DNA of 55,751 nt, filler included, from Sluysia triapertura (Eukaryota), in NCBI GenBank assembly GCA_046118255.1. It is 4 parts of 4 records of this genome, joined end to end, with 100 filler letters (N's around TTAATTAATTAA, not from the genome) between each part and the next. Parts side by side here need not be neighbours in the genome. Positions count along the whole stretch, not along the records: positions 31,607 to 43,549 come from JBJNIA010154271.1; positions 43,650 to 55,751 come from JBJNIA010139503.1; 2 more parts are not named here. One strand, given 5' to 3'. Each line of letters starts with the position of its first letter. Positions within the stretch are counted from its first letter, which is position 1. The notes beneath the pieces were generated by a model. The model saw only the letters and a program-made list of their open reading frames with translations. It was not told the origin of the DNA and ran no database searches. This document shows, one piece after another, positions 39,684-52,680 of the stretch. The position numbers and the translations under genes are program-made.

Positions 39684-39785
39684 TCGAATCGCCAAGTAAA
39701 GGATTGTAAGTCAAATCGAATTCAAATCGAAAGATTGTGAGGTGAATCGAATTTCCAATTCAAAGATTGTAAATCAAATCAAATT
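39684..39785 (+). repeat. Degenerate ~31-32-bp tandem repeat, about 3 units
   Basis: TCGAAT...AA(G/A)GATTGT recurs three times. Confidence 0.65.
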
Positions 39786-40479
39786 AATTAATTTCAGAAT
39801 GTTTTGACGTATCTCGAAATAACATTCTCCATAAACAAAATTGATCTTGTGGCTTGTTAAGATTTTTTTATGTCACTCGTTGTGTAGAAGTTTATGTTTA
39901 AATATGAATTAAATTGCCTTCATTTTTCCGATTATTCAAAATAAATAATTTGTTTATAAATAATCGATAAATAAAAAATGATTTTTAAAATAATTTGTTT
40001 ATTAAAAATTTATCTTTGAAATTATCAAAATTAACTATTAACTAAATGATTTATTTATAAAATTTATTTTCGGCATAAAATGAAATAATATTTTAAATCT
40101 TAAGGTATTGATCCTACCTTAGATTGCAATGATTTTAGTTGAAAGTTTAAGTCAGCCTTTTTGCGGTCTGACAATAAATTAAAGATTTTAAGTAGGAGTT
40201 CAGCCCTATTTATTAAAATTAGGACATGGAAAAACTTATTAAAATAGAATTACTTTTTTATGGAAGAATTTGAGATTTTCTTATAAGAACTGGAATAATT
40301 TAACTAAATAGCTCTTCCTTTCCACTAATCTTATTTTCTGTATGACGACTGTCTGTTTTGTGTCTTGTACTTGTCTAAAATTTTGTTAATTACTTGGTAT
40401 TTTTATACCTGTTTTTGTCATCCATCTTGTTTAGTTTATACAAATTTTTAAATTGATCTATTTGTTGGAATTGCCCAAC

Positions 40480-40992
40480 TGTGGATATGGAAATGAACAA
40501 AAATATATAAAATAAGAATAAGAATCATGAAAGAGAAAACATTTATAATAATCTTAACAGCTAAAGAATACCTTAAGGTCCAAAGACCTATATAAGGATT
40601 TGAGACCTAATGAAAGCTTGAGATGAACTTGAAGAACTTTTGGAGACATTGAGGTACCTTTGAACTTTGGAAAATTTGGATAATTTAAGACCTTAGCAAC
40701 CTTTAAGCATTCTTGGAATATCGATAAGCATTTGAGATCCTTAAGAAACCTTATAAAGTGTATAAAACCTTTAAAATGATTGATAAATAAAATCTTTGTC
40801 AAAATAATAAAGATAAGTTTAACATAGTAATAATTAACATGAAGAAGTAGAAAAAGGAATCAGAGATGTGAAGGCGAAAACATATACTCTCCTGAATGCC
40901 TTATAAACTACTAAATAACTTAATAAAACCTTTAAACATAGAATAAGATTAAGTCTAAAAATAGATTAATTAATTAAAAATCTTAATTAACT
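40480..40992 (-). mobile_element. LTR-like repeat family A, followed by PBS-like GTTGGGCAATTCC and internal leader (to ~40100)
   Basis: Reverse complement of 10641-11086. Ends ...CCACA then GTTGGGC; the same junction (TACA-GTTGGGCG) occurs at 34678-34689. Confidence 0.7.
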
Positions 40993-42429
40993 TTTGAATG
41001 CGTATTGCTATGTTAAGTTTGAAACTGTGCATGTATTTGTTTTGAAAATACCTTTCGATGAAGGTATGGTTTGACTGAGCTCATGCAAGGAAAGCCTTAA
41101 TATTGAGCAAAGTCAAATTTTAATTAATTTTTAATTATGGAATTTTGAATTTTTAATACTTAGAGTGATGCAAATGTGAATAATGGAATATGAAAGAGAA
41201 TTTAAAAGTGAGTTTGAAATGTTTGTAAAATGGTTCATTTGAGAAGAAGAACCTTAAAACATTTTTCATTAGAAAATTGGGGTGAAAAATAGAAAATTAA
41301 TTAGATAATAGAAAGTAAAATTAAATTCATTATTATTAATAGTATTGGTGATTGTTATTTTAATGTGAGAAGTAATTTAAGTAAAATTAGATTGAGTAGA
41401 GTAAAAGAAAATAATAGATACTCGTAAATCAATTTTTTGTGTTCTGTATCTAATAAAATTTGACAGTCTGCACCATGTAAGTATCAAAGTTATTAGTGTC
41501 GAATTGATTCTCAAAGAATGTTGAAGTGATATATGTGAGAGTTTGATCACAAAATTGGAAATTATTGGATAATTAGAAAATATAAAAAGAAAAACTTAAA
41601 AATTTTTATCACACAACACAACAACAATTACGACAATGCAACAATAATAACGATTAGCAATGAAAATGAGAAGATCGATGCTTTAAGTAATTTTTGAATT
41701 TATTTTATAATTCAAAAAACTAATATTTTTTGGAGGATTTTAGTTCTTGTTTTGAAAAAATTTATGTTTGATTTTTAGTTATTTTTAAGATAATTAATTG
41801 AGAAACATTTTACGTAATTTTTGTTGAATATTATATTTAGATTATATTTGATTTTCAGCTATATTCAGCTATTAATAGAAACTCCCTACTCAATTTATTC
41901 CATCAAAATATTAAGTATTTTATCTTTAGAAATTACTGTTAAGTTTTTCTTTAAAGTTATTATTACCAAAGAATTTTATTGTAATCATAATCACTCTTTG
42001 TTACGTTGACCAAAAATATTCATCTAACATAATTACTATTAATTTTCTAGATATTGATATCGTTAGCATCTGTTGCGTCACTCCTGGTTGTTTTGTCTTA
42101 ATTAGATTGTAATATTTTTGATTTTATTATAAACGCTATAGTTATTTTTGTCTTTTTAGTTGTTCTCAGTATTTAATAAAGATTCTTATTGATAATAAAT
42201 TATATTACGAGTTTTGTTTAATAGTACATCATTGTCTTAGTTTTGATTTGATTTTCAAGGAGTTAAATTCGGGGTAATAGTTATTAATTACGGTAAAATT
42301 ATACTTGATATACTAACTATTGAAAATATTAAAGTTTAAACTGATCAAGATAATGATAGTGAGTTTAATATTTAACAAGTTTTAAAGATTCAACAATCTT
42401 TTTAGGGACCTATATGAGGATAGTAGCAC

Positions 42430-43549
42430 ATGTTACAAATTCAAGAACCTCACTACTGATCCTGTTCCAATTAGATATGGTGTAAAACAAGGGTGCCCTA
42501 TTTCAATGACTCTTTTCTGTTAGGCTATTGATTACTTATTTCATAGGTTCACCTCCATGGAAGATTACATCGCAAATAGTGGAATATCGTTTCCTCCTTA
42601 TCTTGCCTATGCGGACGATATTGCACTTATTGATACTTCACATAAACACCTCCAGCAGATGTTCCACTACATCGTGGGACATGCTAAATCTGCTAATCTG
42701 ATATTCCGCTCTAGTAAGTGTTTCTATTTCCACACTATCCCTGATTCGACAAATCTTTTTGTCTTCATTGATGGCACCCGAATTGTAAATATGAAAAATG
42801 GTGAAAATACGATTTATCTAGGGATCCCATTTGGTGAACTTAAAAAACAAAACCTGAATGACCTTCTTGGAGAGAACCTAGCAATGGTCAAAAAAAAATC
42901 AAAGACTCCAGTCTAAGTTGCAGAAATAAATTTCTTATGTTTCGCAACTTTATTCACTCGCGCCTTCCATTTCACTTGCGAAATCTAAATATTAATACCC
43001 AAACCCTTAGTAGTCCTCACGCATGACAATCCAAAATCCTTCCCCAATCTGTTGGATATGACGAAAAAATAAACTATCTATTCAAGAGCTTCCTAGGATT
43101 GAAAAACTTCCCTTAAAATAATTCTTTCTTTATGCATACAAAAATCACGGCGGTTTAAGCCTGATATCTTCTTACGATGACTATATGTGCCAGAATATAA
43201 TTTGGGCATTCCGTTTATTTAATATTTGAACAAACCTTATTCGTATCCTTGCCTTGCATGAAATTCTTCGCGTCGCCAATGATAGATTAAATAAAATCGA
43301 GAACATTTCTGATGCTCTATCTTGGCTGAATGGCGGTAAGCCCGATAAGCGTTCACGAGGACAATCTATCCTCAATTTGAGCCGAAATACCGAATTTCTG
43401 CAAGCTTCTTTTATTGTGAGAACCAATAAAGTTAAATATCAAATGCGTCATCCTTTGTGAAAACGAAGTCACATTAAATCGGTTTCATAAAGAGAAAGTA
43501 GGTAAATATCTTCATGAATTGATTAATATTTCCAATAGCGACATTTGGA
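42430..43549 (+). mobile_element. Reverse transcriptase fragment of an R2/NeSL/Utopia-like non-LTR element, decayed, cut by gap
   Basis: PIRYGVKQGCPISMTLF, LAYADDIALI, FRSSKC, YLGIPFG and later HGGLSL. Confidence 0.85.
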
Positions 43550-43649
43550 NNNNNNNNNNNNNNNNNNNNNNNNNNNNNNNNNNNNNNNNNNNNTTAATTA
43601 ATTAANNNNNNNNNNNNNNNNNNNNNNNNNNNNNNNNNNNNNNNNNNNN

Positions 43650-43726
43650 CAGCCCCGTCTAACAATTTCATTTTCAATATATTCAATTATACTACTTGGC
43701 ACTTTTTAGGCCTTTTTACCCCAACA
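43650..43726 (-). mobile_element. Third copy of tRNA-containing unit (5' part), cut by gap
   Basis: Nearly identical to 14413-14489; ends at CCCCAACA with a different flank. Confidence 0.85.
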
Positions 43727-46700
43727 CTAATATCTTTATGATATAAACAGAAATGTCCAGATTGTTGTCAGTTACTGATGATAAATAATCGAAATTTTTG
43801 ATTAACAACATTTGTTAATACATACAAATACATTTGTTCAGAAGCATAGAGTTTTTTTATTTCACATTAAAGACACTAAAACTATCATGCGAATTAATAC
43901 TTCTTTCGATAAAATATGTTGTTATTCTTTTTTCTTAACAGTTAATAGTTTTCTTTTTTAACAGTTTCATAGAGAGGATGAACCTCTTGCTTTTTCTTGC
44001 ACATACGTGTTCCTTGCATTGCAAACACAAACATTAATTCTTTATCCTTTAGATGATTGTTTATGTAAATTAAATGTGAATCATAAGTTGTACTCTCTCA
44101 ATTTAATCTAATAGGAAAAAACTAAATAGTTTAATTTTTGATGCATAATTATCAAAAAATAATTTCTTTTAATAGGCAACGTTCGTTGACCGCAATCACT
44201 GTATATCATAAGAATTACTTTTAATAAGTCGTACAACTGACATCTTTGATCATAATTCAACATCGAATGGCTGAATCGCATTCGTTCAAAAATAGACTAA
44301 TTGAATCGTCAAAATTGTTCATATTTTTGTTTGACTGTTCAGTGCGATTTTTCTATTATCTTGTAAATTTATTTCTTAACTATTAAACACTATATGATTG
44401 TTGAAAATTAATGTAACACTAATGCCAATATTACTCTTTTTGTGAACCTTAATTTTATTTATCGTCTAGTGCAAACAATATATCAATATTTCTTTTTAAC
44501 TAATTATTGCTCTTTGTTTATAAACGTACGTACAATATTACTGCTAAATTTTTGTACTTTGGTTGGCTGACCAATATATGTGTGTAGTATAAATTGTTGA
44601 TTACTTGTATTAAAAGACGTCTCTTAACTAAATATGTTATAATAATATGATGTGAATGTATGTCATCGGCAGACAATGAGTAAGACACATTAAATCATTC
44701 TAATTAAATTGTCTGCCGAAAGCAGGTATATACATTCAATGTAGTTACTAAATAAATATAATGTAGATAGTTAATTATAAAAAATAATAATGATTATAAA
44801 AATGGGTGAAGTAAAAATTATTTGTAAAAATACAGATTAAATAAAACATAAATCTTTTAGAAATTTCATGATCTGTTTATAAATTCTTTTATTTCTTAAC
44901 ATAATATTAAAAAGTCATTTATTATCTTTGACAGACTATGAAGTTAGATGTTGAGATTGTGAACTTATGATGGTGTTGTGAGAAGATGAATTAAAAAATC
45001 GTCAATGGAATTTAAATGTGTATTGAGGATTTTAGATGCAATTGATGTGATTATGATTATGAGTGAAATGATTTATGAATCTTAAGAATGTATATTGTAG
45101 GTTCTAAAGGTGAATGTAGTTTATGTGATGGCATAATAAATTTGTAAGAGTAACATGTTGACCACCACAATCTGAAAGCAAAATGGTTAGAATTACTTTT
45201 AAAATTTATCCAATTATCCAAATTTATAAAATTAAGAAATTTCAAGAAGCAAATAAGTAAAAAAAGTGATTTCATTAGTTTAAAATTTAAACTTATTAAA
45301 ATTTGTATCATCAGTGTTAAATATTTAAATTACTAGATTAAATTATTTATTAGTTTAAAGATTTAAAAATTGAATTTTAAATTAATTATAAAAAATTTCA
45401 CTTCCACCTCTTCAATCAAAGACAAGTTAGAACTAACCTGCGCGAAATCTACAAACTCGTTTGATTATTTAGTTTACAAACTAAATATGCTTAAGACATA
45501 ACTGTTTTAATGAATAAAAGAATTTTAAAGTTAGATATTTCTACTAAGTGGAAAAAGATACTATAGTAAAATAAATAAATTCATGAAAATTTTTAATAAC
45601 TCGAAAATTAAATAATAAAGCAATTATTTTTTCTTATTATTTATTTATTAATTATTACATATATGGATAAATGCAAATAAATTTTATAAACATAATGTAA
45701 TAAATAAATCATAATATATAAATCAAAAACATAAACAAGATGAACAATTTATTTCAACAAGGGAAACATAACCAATTGTATAATTATACAAATATTTTAG
45801 TTTGAATATTTTAGAATAATATATGATCATATGTGTAACTAAAAGATAATATTTTATTTCAAAAATTTTAAAGTGTTTTCAAATTTTAAAATGCCAAAAA
45901 TAACAATATTTAAATAAGTAATGTTTTAAAACCAAAGTTATTATGGATATTCAAAATCATTTTAAGATAATATTAATTATAAAATATGTAATTAAATGTT
46001 TAAATAAAATGAAACAATTTTAATCCGAAAACTTATAAAAGTTTATCTGAAAAATAATTAAGATTTAATAATAAAAATATGTATTTAATAACATTTTCTT
46101 TTTTGTGATTGCCGAATGGTTTTAAGCCATTCAATTGTTGATAATTTTACTCATGTGAAAAAACGATTTTCTGAGCTGGTATTGTGATAATTTCTGGAAA
46201 TGTATGGTGTGTTGGTATAAACATGAACAGAAAATGGTCCATAGAAACTAAAAATGATAGAATAACATACTCAATTTCGAATGAATTGAACATGGAACAA
46301 TCTCGCTTAAGTAGCTTGAAAAACTCCTAAGAAGACTATCACTGTTATGAATTATGATATGAAATTTAAGGTTGTTGGATTTGAACTTATACTTGTCAAC
46401 GTGTGTTTGAGAGTCTTACGATGAAGAAATTTGCTTAATAAAAATTACGTAGTAAAATTTTAGTAGGAAATGAATCTTATGAGTTGTAGTAAAATTGTAT
46501 TCTGGGTAATATATGCTACTTCTTTTCAGTCTTTATATTTTATAAAATTGGATAGTTTATAGGGACGGCTTGAGTTTATTTCAACCTTAATGTCAATTAA
46601 TCGAACTTGGTAGAAATTTATTTAAGCTCTTATGTTCATTCATCTTTGAATAATATCAGTATCGCTTGAAAATTAATTTTAATTTCATTATGAATTATAA

Positions 46701-49700
46701 AATTTTATATTGTTCTTGAAATGGAAAAATGATCAATTAATGAATAAATTAATTATGCTATAAAATGAACTAGAAAAAATAATAAAGTACAAAACGATTA
46801 TTAAAATGATAAGCTAAACATTTACTGGATTCTGAAGTGCATAAATCGGTTAGACATTGATCATTGATGAAAATGTCACCTGGACAAGGAGCACACACAT
46901 GTGGTGGCCAACCTTCACCTTAATAAATTTTCTTAAAAACATATCTTAAATATTTTACACATTTCATCAAAAACATTCTTTTTACATAAGTTTTTGCCAA
47001 TATGACAATCACTCCCTAAATCTACAACTCACATTTTCAAATTCACAAAAATAATTAAAATCATACTCGTTTCAATACCCACAACAACCTTGTAAAATTA
47101 GTTACAACCGTTTTATACCTTTTCACATCCACCAAAATAAACTTTCACTTTTAAAAACACTTCAAACCTACAACCTTATAACATTCAATCACAATCATAT
47201 TCGAAATTAACTAACATTATAAATTCACGATCTTGTATCATTAAATCCTAACGACCAAACAAGACTTTCTTTCAAAACACCAAGCATACATTTAAAACTA
47301 ATTTAAAACAGATCAAATCGTAAATCTCTAGAATCACAAGATAATAACAGTGTTTTAAGTTTTAAAGAATCTAAGTACTTAATGCATTTATGATAATAAT
47401 AATAATAATAACGATAACATTGTTGTTCTTATTATTGTTATTCTTAATTTCATCATTTTTTAACTTTTGAATATGTTAAGAAATCAAGGATATAAAAGAA
47501 TAAAATCAAGGATAAAATACAGACATTTATGTGTTTTTAGGATAATAATAATAATAATATTAATAATAATAATAACAATAACATTCAAGTTATTATTATT
47601 ATCACCATTTTTAATTTTATTATTTTTAATTTTATTATTTTTATTTTCATTAATTTAGTAACTACCACTACCAGTGGTGACTGTATTAATTTACAATTAC
47701 AGTCACTGTCACCACTGCTAGCGGTTTGCACATGAATCACTGGCTTCTTATCATCATTATTATTGGTTGTCCAACCAGAGTTGTTATTATCACTATTTTT
47801 ATATTTCTCTGGTTGGACGGCCAATCAGGTTGATATGTGCTGTGACAGTTTTTATGTTATTTTTATACAACCAATCAAGAATTACTAATTAACAATAGAA
47901 AATTGTAAAACATTTATTGGTTTGTTTAATAGTGCACTTTAGCGACTAAATATTGATTTGCATAACTGAAAATCAATTCGAAATTATATAAACAGTCAAA
48001 CTATATAAATAACAAACTCCATACGATCTTTTTTTTCTATTCTTTACTGTTCTTACATATAAATAAAAAGAAATAAAACTGATAACATGTTGTGAAGGAA
48101 CAACGGCAACGAGGTATACTAAATCTCGGTTATATTTGTTTCATATTAAGATAATGAATTGTTTAAAGTTTAATTGTTTATTTTTAAAGGAAATAGAAAT
48201 GAATTGAGTTGTAATTGAAACGAAGAATGTTAGAATAAATTAATAAAATTTATGAGTTTTAAGAGTTTGTGATTAAAAATAAGATTTAAGCCTTGAATAG
48301 TTTGATAGTTTGAGATGCTTATTGAAAGGTTGGAGTTATTTTAATTTTAAAAGACGATTACAAAATAAGTCTTAACATGTTTATGGTGTTATTAAAAATA
48401 AGTGTTGATGATGAATATGTGTAAGTGAAGTAGATTTAGTTTGGTGTAGTTGGTTGAAGATTTTAATGTAAATGTTTTCTACTTCTGGGGTACTTGTTAA
48501 CGTTGTTGAATGGTGTTATTGTATTTGTGATCTGTGTATTATACATTGTGGTTGTGGTTTGTTTGATGGAATCGTTTTTGAGTGAATGCTGTGGATTATT
48601 CGGGATTGATTATCAGAGTATGTTGTGAGGTAGATGATTAAGGGTATTAATCGAATTGTTGATGTATATGAATTGATGGGATGTTGTAAATGTCGAGTGT
48701 TGTTTATGCTGATTGAGTTGGTGTAATTCGATAGTAAGAAGTGTGATTGCTTTGGAAATTATGTTTTAGTGAAGTTTAAATTATGGATATTGAATATTAT
48801 GTTTTAGAAAGTTTTAGGCTGCGAATGTTGGCCACTACAATTTATTGCCTAACCCAAATAAATGAATGTATTGTTTGTGAAAATAAATATTTACAATGTA
48901 CATGACTACTATAATATTACATATAAAAAATAAAATGCTAAGAAAACAAAATTTTATGAGAGTTCTTCGGTTTCTAGTTTCAGATGAACTTTTTCGTTAT
49001 ATTTCGCTATGTATTGGCAAGTTTAGTAAATCTTTTATTATTAGTTTGATATTTAATAACTCAGCAAAAATCATAACTGCAATATGAAATAAGGATAATT
49101 TGAAATTAATTTCATTCAATACATAATCATCCTAAATGTTGCAAATAAATAGCATGAAAATTGTGAGTGGAATATACAATAAATTATTGTTTAAAACTGA
49201 GTTATTCAGTAATATGGGCGCAAGATGCTCGTTTTCAGAAAATATCAATTTTTATCATATGCATTTATGTCTTAAATTATTTGAATTATTATAGTAATAA
49301 TAATAATTATTATTTATAAATAATGGTACTTTTATAGCATTCTTATTTTAAATTACATATTATTATCATTTGGAAACGAGTCTAGAAATTAATTCTTCAA
49401 TTATAGATTTATCAAGATGATCACAATCGTCTATGTCAGATAATTGAATTGAAACTGATGAGAACGAATGGAAAAATAACGATTGTGAAGGATGTGGCTG
49501 TGAAGACGTATCAATAACTTCTTCTTTACAATACGACAATGATTTCGTTAAAATTTTAGTACGTAAATTATTAATTGTCGTAACTTGCAATAAATAAAAA
49601 TTACATCACAGTTAAATCTCTAAATCACCAAATTTACGAAAGGTAAAAAATAAAAATATATTAAAAGAGTGGTGATGAAATGCTGATATAATGATGATAG

Positions 49701-51149
49701 ATGTTACTCGGATTTTACTATTAAAAGAATGTTAAAATTTTATAGTGTTACTATAATATTAGTAGTTTTGTTATGAATTTGTGATGTATTGCAGATGAAA
49801 TTGTACCAGTATGAAGGTTGTGAGTTAGCTTTCTATTAATATGGTTTTTGTGATGAAATCTATGTGATTATTGATTAAAGTAGGTGTAATTTGTGCAATC
49901 TAAGAGGCTGTACCACCACACATGTGACCGATCTTAAACAAATATTAAACTTAGTATATTACAAGTGTCAAGGCTCATTTTATACTTTTATGTTTATATA
50001 TGTTAAATAGTCATTTTATTTATCAAAAAAGGTCATTATTATATAATTGCAAAGTTATTTTATGTTAATTATTAATTATATTTATTAAATATCGATTATT
50101 ACTACGTGTATATTTACATATATTTATTTATTTAATATTATGTTATTTTAAATTAAAAGAATTATGGTTCATTAAAAAAATTAAATATTAAAAAACATTT
50201 ACATATTATAGTTTTTAAATTTATTTTTTAAATAAAAAAATTTGTTTACTATGAAGAAGTAAAATCAGATATTTAAAAAGGGTATAAATATATGATGACA
50301 ATCTACAACTTCACATAATTTGTTTGATAATTCTGTTTTTTCGAAAGTGTTGGTTTCTGTAAATATTTATAATGTAAGTAAATTTTATGTAAATTTGTAG
50401 ATTTAATTTTAATTTTTAGTAATTTCTTATTTTATATTAAATTATGTGAATTATGTAAAATCAAATACATGTAATTTTAGTAAAATTAATTATTTAATTA
50501 AATATTTACATCAAATTAGTAATCTTAGTAAATTAATAATTCTAATTCTAAAATTGAATACTTACATTAAATCATCTACGGAAATCCTTTTTAATTTTAT
50601 TGAAATAAAATATTTATATGTGAAATAATTGACAAAAAATCTGGAACGGAAATTTAAATATTCATTTTAAAAATGGCATATTTATTAAAAGGAAATTAAA
50701 AAATCATATAAATAGAGCTGCGATAACAAAAAATGGACACACGAGAGAAAACATCAAGTTATCAATCATTTACAAAAGTTCTCAATTTATTAAACGCAGT
50801 GAAAATTTCGAAATTTGATCAAGCAACGAATATTAGTGTAATAAAACAATATAACGAAGACTGTTTTACGTACCACGAGGATTAGAAAGAAAACTTAAAA
50901 TAATTCGTACCGGATAATCAGAATATTTGGAATTATATCGAAATCTTAGCTGATGCCTATTAATAAGTATGCTATTTGTTTATAAGTTTGCGCAATAATA
51001 TTTGCGTTAAAATACACACAAACTCATTAATATTTTAAAAACTCAAAGATTAACTCTGAGTTAAATTCAATTTAAAATATCTTGTAAATATTAAACATAT
51101 ATCTCATTTGTAATTATTTATTTATTTATATTTATTCTATTGTTTGATA

Positions 51150-51260
51150 TTTAATAAAATTTCATCTGAGTTTATTGTTAAGTTTTGTAAAGTTAACGTT
51201 TATTGTTTAATAAAAATTCATCTGAGCTTATTGTTAAATTTTGTAAAATTAACGTTTAAA
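51150..51260 (+). repeat. ~57-bp tandem duplication
   Basis: TTTAATAAAA.TTCATCTGAG.TTATTGTTAA.TTTTGTAAA.TTAACGTTTA occurs twice. Confidence 0.8.
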
Positions 51261-51749
51261 ATTAATTGAAATTAGTGCATCGTTATAAAATAAAAGTAAG
51301 AGTTTTAGAAAACATTAAAAGCTTTAGCGAATACTACATAGTAGTGACCCTCTTTATTAAATTCTTTCAGCAAATTCCTACGTAGACGTCCTTCTTTAAG
51401 ATAAATCGTTTAACGTAGGTGGACCCAATCTATTTAATAATATTCATAATTGTTCAGGTTAAGAAAAAGACGAACAATATTTTTCTTTGAAAATAAAAAT
51501 AATCTAATAGATGAGAATTTACGTCAGTGTTTACTACCGTATAGACCGTAACTAGTTTTTTTATTTCTTAAACACATAACTTATACATGTTTAATCAAAG
51601 CTTGGTCGAAAATAACCAAGAAATTAGAATTAGCTTCATAAATTCATCAAATTGAACGAGATAAAAATAATACTTTTAATTATGAGATTATTTTCTTTCA
51701 CTGTAACTCTTCTACATCAGAATCAGTTAATTTATTCAAAAAATATGTA

Positions 51750-52680
51750 CGCATCTAACTTTATTTCACAATATGAACGCGGACATAATCATCGACAATA
51801 TAAACGAAGATGATTTAACTGAAGAAATTGATATGAATTCAGACGGAATGAAGCAAAGGATCTAGTAATAGCTAAATCAAGCAAATAATATTAATCAAAT
51901 GTATCGAGACTACAGAATATATAGACCAAATATTTTGAAAAACAGCAGGAACAGCTCGAGTGGGAAAATGTAAGTCCGTTATTGAATCATTTGGCAAATT
52001 TATGAACGAGTAAATAGTTGAAAATATTGTTTACTACACTAACTGAAGATATGTAGACACTAGATTATATCTAAATAGAAAGCATCTTCCACAACCAATC
52101 ACAAATGTCGACACAGAGCTTTATATTCATCGACACACATATTTGTCAAGCTGCGCTAACCACACCTTTTCATATTATGCAAAATGAAATAAGTCTGTTT
52201 TGTTTCGGAATACAATGTATAATACTATCGGCAATTTCGATGGTGAAAAGAAATAAACAAACGAAATGCAGCCTATATGTAAAAGATCAAATATCATAGA
52301 AATATTCCGATGGTCACTAAGCATGTCTTACACAGTTGTTGATATATTTTGTTTCAATAATTTATCATCAAATCCGGAATGGAAAATTAATCTGGATATT
52401 AAAGAAAATAGTCCCTACATGAACTTGCATTAGCACTTAAATAACTTGGTTTTTCGAAGATACTAAGTTATGTGCTTAAGAAAGAGCATCGAAATTGAAG
52501 GATGCTGTTCGTGGTAAATGTTTCATTTGGTATAGCGAAACAAATAATTATAAGGTAAAGAAAAAATGCAAAATGTTAGTTTAAAATGTTCCACTTTCGC
52601 GAAATTTGTTTGTAAAATTCATTCTACGAACAAAGTATTATGTAACCCACGTCAATCATTGTCAGATTCGAATGAATAAA
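51750..52680 (+). mobile_element. Decayed piggyBac transposase remnant
   Basis: Acidic N-terminal stretch, CIILSA, RWSLSMSYTVVDI and C-terminal Cys-rich RGKCFI...KCSTFAKFVCKIH..VLC. Confidence 0.6.

Noticed and set aside
39684-39785. CRISPR-like spacing
   Set aside because: Eukaryotic context; units are degenerate tandem copies without unique spacers.
31433-43726. Copies 2 and 3 of the tRNA unit as ends of one 12-kb element carrying DHTKD1
   Set aside because: Outer flanks differ (GAAC vs CTAA), both abut linker gaps, and the span crosses contigs.
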